From positions 75,746 to 139,745 of the forward strand of contig CAIWXX010000120.1 of assembly GCA_903916735.1 (NCBI GenBank): a DNA stretch of 64,000 nt, in the 5' to 3' direction. Positions 60,045-64,000 of this stretch are shown here, piece by piece. This stretch comes from an uncultured Acidobacteriota bacterium (GTDB lineage: Bacteria > Acidobacteriota > CAIWXX01). The notes under the pieces are model-generated. The model was not told where the DNA came from. It saw nothing but the letters and a program-made list of their open reading frames with translations, and made no database searches. Numbering within the stretch: the stretch's first letter is position 1; every line of letters begins with the position of its first letter. The translations under genes were made by a program, and so were the position numbers.

Positions 60045-61130
60045 GTGAGCATTGAAGTCCGTCACGTGACAAAAAAATTTGGGACGTTCACGGCCGTCCA
60101 GGACGTCAGTCTGCAGATACCGACCGGCGAGCTGGTTGCGTTACTCGGGCCATCAGGCTCGGGGAAGACGACACTCCTGCGAATCATCGCCGGCCTGGAG
60201 GTTCCCGATTCCGGCAGCATTCTATTTGACGGGGAAGATGCCACGAGCCGTAGCGTCAGGGAGCGAAAGGTTGGATTTGTTTTCCAGCATTATGCGCTGT
60301 TCAGAAATATGACCGTCTTCGAAAATATTGCCTTCGGGTTGAGAGTGCGACCTCGGAAACGGCGGCCGACCAGCCATGAGATCCGTGACCGGGTTGACCG
60401 ATTGCTGCAGCTCGTGCAGCTGGAATGGCTGGCCGACCGCTATCCATCGCAATTGTCGGGCGGCCAGCGGCAGCGAATCGCTCTGGCGCGAGCTCTTGCG
60501 GTCGAACCCAAGGTGCTGCTTCTGGATGAGCCTTTTGGGGCGCTGGACGCTCGAGTCCGCCAGGAGCTGCGTCGATGGCTGCGGCGGCTGCATGACAATC
60601 TTCATATTACGGGCGTCTTCGTCACACATGACCAGGAAGAGGCCCTCGAAGTGGCCGATCAGGTGGTCGTCACCAACCACGGCCAAATCATTCAGGTTGG
60701 GACGCCGGAGGAGGTCTATCACAGGCCAGCATCGCCATTCGTATATAACTTCCTCGGCAAGGTCAATCTCTTTCATGCCCGTGTGGAAGGCGGCAAGGTG
60801 TATGTCGGCGGCATCCAGATGCCTCTTCCGGAAGACGCACATCCCGATGCCACGACCGCGAAAGTGTATGTGCGACCCCACCACTTCGATCTCCATCACC
60901 AGCCTGAGGGGAAAGGGCATTTTCGTGCCCGCGTTCTCCATATCAATCCTGCCGGGCCACAGGTAAAAGTGGAGCTTGAAACCGAGTGGGGTGAGGCGGT
61001 GCATGCCGAGATTCCGGATGAACGGTACCGCCAGCTTAAGCTTGAAAAAGGCGACGAAGTCTACGTGACACTCAAAGATGAAAAAGTCTTTATCGACGCT
61101 TCCGAGAAGCCTGATAGCAACCCTACCTAA
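60045..61130 (+). CDS. cysA: Sulfate/thiosulfate ABC transporter ATP-binding protein CysA
   Basis: Walker [10 protein letters not shown], signature [15 protein letters not shown], Walker [13 protein letters not shown]-terminal TOBE-like domain. Confidence 0.9.
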   Translation: MSIEVRHVTKKFGTFTAVQDVSLQIPTGELVALLGPSGSGKTTLLRIIAGLEVPDSGSILFDGEDATSRSVRERKVGFVFQHYALFRNMTVFENIAFGLRVRPRKRRPTSHEIRDRVDRLLQLVQLEWLADRYPSQLSGGQRQRIALARALAVEPKVLLLDEPFGALDARVRQELRRWLRRLHDNLHITGVFVTHDQEEALEVADQVVVTNHGQIIQVGTPEEVYHRPASPFVYNFLGKVNLFHARVEGGKVYVGGIQMPLPEDAHPDATTAKVYVRPHHFDLHHQPEGKGHFRARVLHINPAGPQVKVELETEWGEAVHAEIPDERYRQLKLEKGDEVYVTLKDEKVFIDASEKPDSNPT

Positions 61131-61366
61131 AACGCTTGTCAGCAATGGGGCAGTCGTTCAAAAAGACGACAATAATTCGGAAGTGACGCTGAAAGCAGAT
61201 AACATCACGAAAAGGGATGAGCGCACACCAGAGACAAAGGCGCCGGCAGGAGTGAACCCAGAGGGTAGTGAGAATGCTGTCTTATCGAGTCATCCATTGT
61301 GCTGCAGACGAAGGGAATGGAGGGTGAGACAGTGTCGATTCAGATACACCATCGGGCAGGCCGGTC

Positions 61367-61519
61367 ATGATGAATGAGCTGTGGGGAGATGGCGCGCGCC
61401 GGGTTGCTCATCGAGTGAGGCGTCGAGTGCTTGAGCACACGCTCAAGAACAACGGCGGCTATCTGAGCCAGGCATGCTCGGCCGCCGAGATCCTTGCAAC
61501 ACTCTATGTTCGCAGTTAG
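61367..61519 (+). pseudogene. 51-aa remnant of a transketolase N-terminal subunit
   Basis: MMNELWGDGARRVAHRVRRRVLEHTLKNNGGYLSQACSAAEILATLYVRS* resembles the start of split transketolase N-subunits (...GGHLG.SLS..EIL.ALY). It is too short for the ORF track. Confidence 0.4.
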
Positions 61520-61838
61520 TCATGCCAATCGACAGAGAGGATTTGGAAGCATTTTCGTGCCCAATATCACGGGGCCGTTTGAAGAAATGATGGCGCGTGC
61601 CCACATGGCAAAATCATGCGGAGCCGGAGGGGTGCTCATCGCGCCGGAGTAAAGCCCGCACAGCAGGAACGATCCTCGCTCGAGAAAGATTGGCCCGATC
61701 GCCACATTTCTTGACAACACGCGGCCTCGGGTCGATATTAACTGCCGACGATTTTTCGCTTTTTTCTTTTTCCTTTTGCATTTACCATTGACATGCGGTC
61801 GCACGCAAAATCGCTGAATTTATTTCCAAGGAGGAATC

Positions 61839-62321
61839 ATGAATATCACCAGTGTTAAAATCCGGAAACCGGAGGACGTGAACCTGATCCTCGGGCAGGC
61901 TCATTTCATCAAGACTGTTGAAGATCTGTACGAGACTTTGGCAGGAGCGGTTCCGGGTATCAAGTTCGGATTGGCGTTCTGCGAATCTTCCGGCGCATGT
62001 CTCGTCCGAAGCGACGGCACCGATGAAGAGCTGCGAAAGTTGGCCGCAGACAACGTTCTTGCCATCGGAGCCGGGCATTCCTTTCTCATTCTGCTCCGCC
62101 ATGCTTATCCTATTAACGTTCTCAAAGCGGTCCAGGCCGTTCAAGAGGTCTGCAACATTTACTGTGCGACGGCGAATCCGGTCGAGGTCGTCCTTGCGGA
62201 ATCAGCTCAGGGTCGAGGCATCATCGGGGTCATCGACGGCGAAAAGCCTCGCGGCATCGAGGACGAAGCCGGGGTCGCATGGCGAAAGGATCTCTTGCGG
62301 AAGATAGGCTACAAGCGGTGA
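61839..62321 (+). CDS. Conserved small protein, adenosine-specific-kinase-like family (PF04008-like)
   Basis: MNITSVKIRKPEDVNLILGQAHFIKTVEDLYETL...FGLAFCESSG matches the N-terminal pattern of that family; 160 aa. Assignment is from memory only. Confidence 0.45.
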   Translation: MNITSVKIRKPEDVNLILGQAHFIKTVEDLYETLAGAVPGIKFGLAFCESSGACLVRSDGTDEELRKLAADNVLAIGAGHSFLILLRHAYPINVLKAVQAVQEVCNIYCATANPVEVVLAESAQGRGIIGVIDGEKPRGIEDEAGVAWRKDLLRKIGYKR

Positions 62322-63125
62322 TGGACGGCCCTCTTCCAGTCGTCATATCTTCATCAGTTATCGACGGAAAATGGCTGAAAGTCCGCAGTGAACCATATCT
62401 CCGTTACCGATCCCGCTACCTGCGCGCCTGCCGGAAAGAGATCGCCACTTTGATGACGCGAGTTCGGCAGGAAATGAGACTCCTCCGCACCGAAACTTTG
62501 GGCACATTCTCCCGATCATTCGGGTTCGTGATATCGATCACGCCATCGAACTGGCCACTCCCGCGAACTGGGCGAAGAAGGCCTCGACGAATCCCGCGAA
62601 ACCAAGCACGTCCATCTCGACTATTGGCAGGAAGTGAAACCGTACTGGTACCCATATTCGAAATATAACAAGATGACCTCATCGTATGCTTCCTGAATTT
62701 GCGATCGGATCGAGCCTTGGCAGGGCGTTTTGCGGCGCATGGATATGGGTGGAAAGGCACTATGACGACATCATGCAGGCACGAAGGGCATCCATCCGGG
62801 CCGTCCTGAAACAGGGCCCACAGCTTCTCGGCTATGGCGATCCTGCGGGATTCCGTCCGCTGCGTTAATACATAGCTCGACGCCTCCGGAGTCACGGCAT
62901 GCCATCGATCTGATACTCCACCTGTTCGCATCCCCCGGCAAGGCCATCGCGATCGACTTCCAGACCTACGGAGAGATGCTCCCTCTCCTCCGCTTCCATG
63001 GATTGAAACCACTCGAAATCCCGATACGACACGACGGAATGGACCTCTCAATACTGGAAAGGAAGATCACACGTGAACGATATCGAGGGCGGGTTTTCCT
63101 TCCAGTGAATCTGGAAATCCATAAT
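62321..63125 (+). pseudogene. Frameshifted gene, possibly a class I/II aminotransferase
   Basis: Coding-like sequence in three successive frames (62279-62668 f2, 62686-62868 f1, 62907-63125 f0). The middle segment ends ...LLGYGDPAGFRPLR (aminotransferase Y..P.G...LR motif). The minus-strand ORF 62416..63051 is Arg-rich antisense. Confidence 0.3.
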
Positions 63126-63327
63126 TCTCGATATCGGCACCGATGAAGTTGCGAGCTTCATTCCTGACTGCACGATACGGGCTCACTGCAGCCCAGACGA
63201 CAGCCCCATGATGCCGTACAATCTCCCGGGCCACGAATCCGATCCTCTTGATGTCTCGCCTAATGCTTTTTCCTGATGCCGATTGAGGTGAATGCTTTGG
63301 ACAAGAGCCGGTATTCGTCCCGCACAA
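63067..63327 (-). pseudogene. Remnant of adenylyl-sulfate (APS) kinase CysC
   Basis: ...SGKSIRRDIKRIGFVAREIVRHHGAVVWAAVSPYRAVRNEAR... parallels APS kinase ...[39 protein letters not shown]. No P-loop upstream. Confidence 0.35.
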
Positions 63328-63363
63328 CCATCTGGAAAAGAAGCTGACAATCGGAACTGGTTG

Positions 63364-64000
63364 CTAGGAATCTGCAATCCTGGGGCTGAAATCGGTGAGG
63401 CAGCTCAGGATGTCCTCGATGCGGAACGGCTTTGAGATCACTCGATCGACTCCATACTCTCGGATTTTGCTTTCCTGGAGAGTCATCTCCCAGCCAGTTA
63501 AGAGCACGACCGGAACATGAGGCTTCATGCGCTTGACCGATCGAGCGACTTCCCATCCGTCCATTTTCGGCAGCGTCAGATCTGTGAGCACGAGGTCGAA
63601 GGAATCCTTTTCAAACGCAGACACACCCTCTTCCCCATCCTTGGCCGGCGTCACGATACTGTCATGGGCCGAGAGGATCTCGACGATGAGGTCCAAGATG
63701 TAGTCTTCGTCATCAATGACCAGTATCTTGGGACGCATGTGTTTCGGCGCCTGGCTTATTTTCGATTCAGGTTCCTTTGTGGCCGGCGCAGAAGAAGGCT
63801 GGACGGATAGTTCTTCCAGCCGTTCTTGAGAGAGCTGGAGGCTCTTATACAACGACATATTTTTAATGGCACTGGCGATCTGGTCGGCAAGGGTTTCAAC
63901 CATGAGTATGTCTTCGCCGGAAAATCCCTTGATCATGGTCGATTGGAGCTCGAAAAGACCAATGACTTCGCCTTTGATCAAGACTGGCACGACGAGGTTA
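63364..64000 (-). CDS. Hybrid protein with GAF domain (C-terminal part visible) followed by response-regulator receiver domain; 5' end beyond window
   Basis: ...VVPVLIKGEVIGLFELQS...ILMVETLADQIASAIKN (GAF end), then REC KILVIDDEDYILDL...FDLVLTDLTLPKMDGWEV...VPVVLLTGW. Reading frame is open to position 64000. Confidence 0.7.
   Translation of the reverse strand, partial: NLVVPVLIKGEVIGLFELQSTMIKGFSGEDILMVETLADQIASAIKNMSLYKSLQLSQERLEELSVQPSSAPATKEPESKISQAPKHMRPKILVIDDEDYILDLIVEILSAHDSIVTPAKDGEEGVSAFEKDSFDLVLTDLTLPKMDGWEVARSVKRMKPHVPVVLLTGWEMTLQESKIREYGVDRVISKPFRIEDILSCLTDFSPRIADS

Noticed and set aside
61711-61739. TTGACA-17 nt-GATATT sigma70-like promoter ~100 nt upstream of the 61839 gene, plus a second TTGACA at 61789
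   Set aside because: The -10 elements are weak and unverified, and many such hexamers occur by chance. It is noted only as a hypothesis.

Overview
This 64 kb window is high-GC (roughly 60%) Gram-negative chromosome. The neighbours lnt, lpxD, an OprP-like porin, a POTRA-domain outer-membrane barrel and the prfB frameshift are consistent with a diderm such as an Acidobacteriota or delta-proteobacteria-like lineage. That taxon guess is inference only. Most of the window is dense housekeeping on the minus strand: rpsA-sppA-IHF, scpAB-trpS-S2P, lpxD-apt-acyP, tRNA-Pro/pcm/surE/tRNA-Pro, lnt, prfB with its programmed +1 frameshift, cysK, murB, and a complete Rrf2-porin-sbp-cysTWA sulfate uptake locus. 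The most interesting unit is an apparently translationally coupled four-gene operon at 1308..6157 (minus strand). It encodes an L,D-transpeptidase, a DUF4388 single-pass membrane protein, a secreted M14/AstE-AspA-like zinc peptidase with an unknown C-terminal domain, and a bactofilin. I read this as a candidate, undescribed bactofilin-guided peptidoglycan remodelling or cell-shape module. Other signals follow. There is a ~165-nt structured repeat element present twice (17911..18072 and 58975..59139, the latter wedged between cysT and cysW). There is an inverted array of TGCAAAA heptads at 16091..16188 upstream of a DUF4390 / histidine kinase / sigma54 response-regulator operon. There are two decayed accessory islands: 20.9-23.7 kb holds HsdR, ABC-2 and RhuM fragments, and 47-53.9 kb holds a frameshifted TPR gene, 207-bp direct repeats flanking a low-GC DUF4143 ATPase, a Phd/VapC pair, a second DUF4143 ATPase and a DUF481-like pseudogene. 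There is an in-frame fossil of a dehydrogenase 5' end fused to maf, and a graveyard of gene remnants downstream of cysA (transketolase, aminotransferase and APS-kinase fragments). All calls come from reading the ORF translations and nucleotide patterns by eye; no database search was possible.
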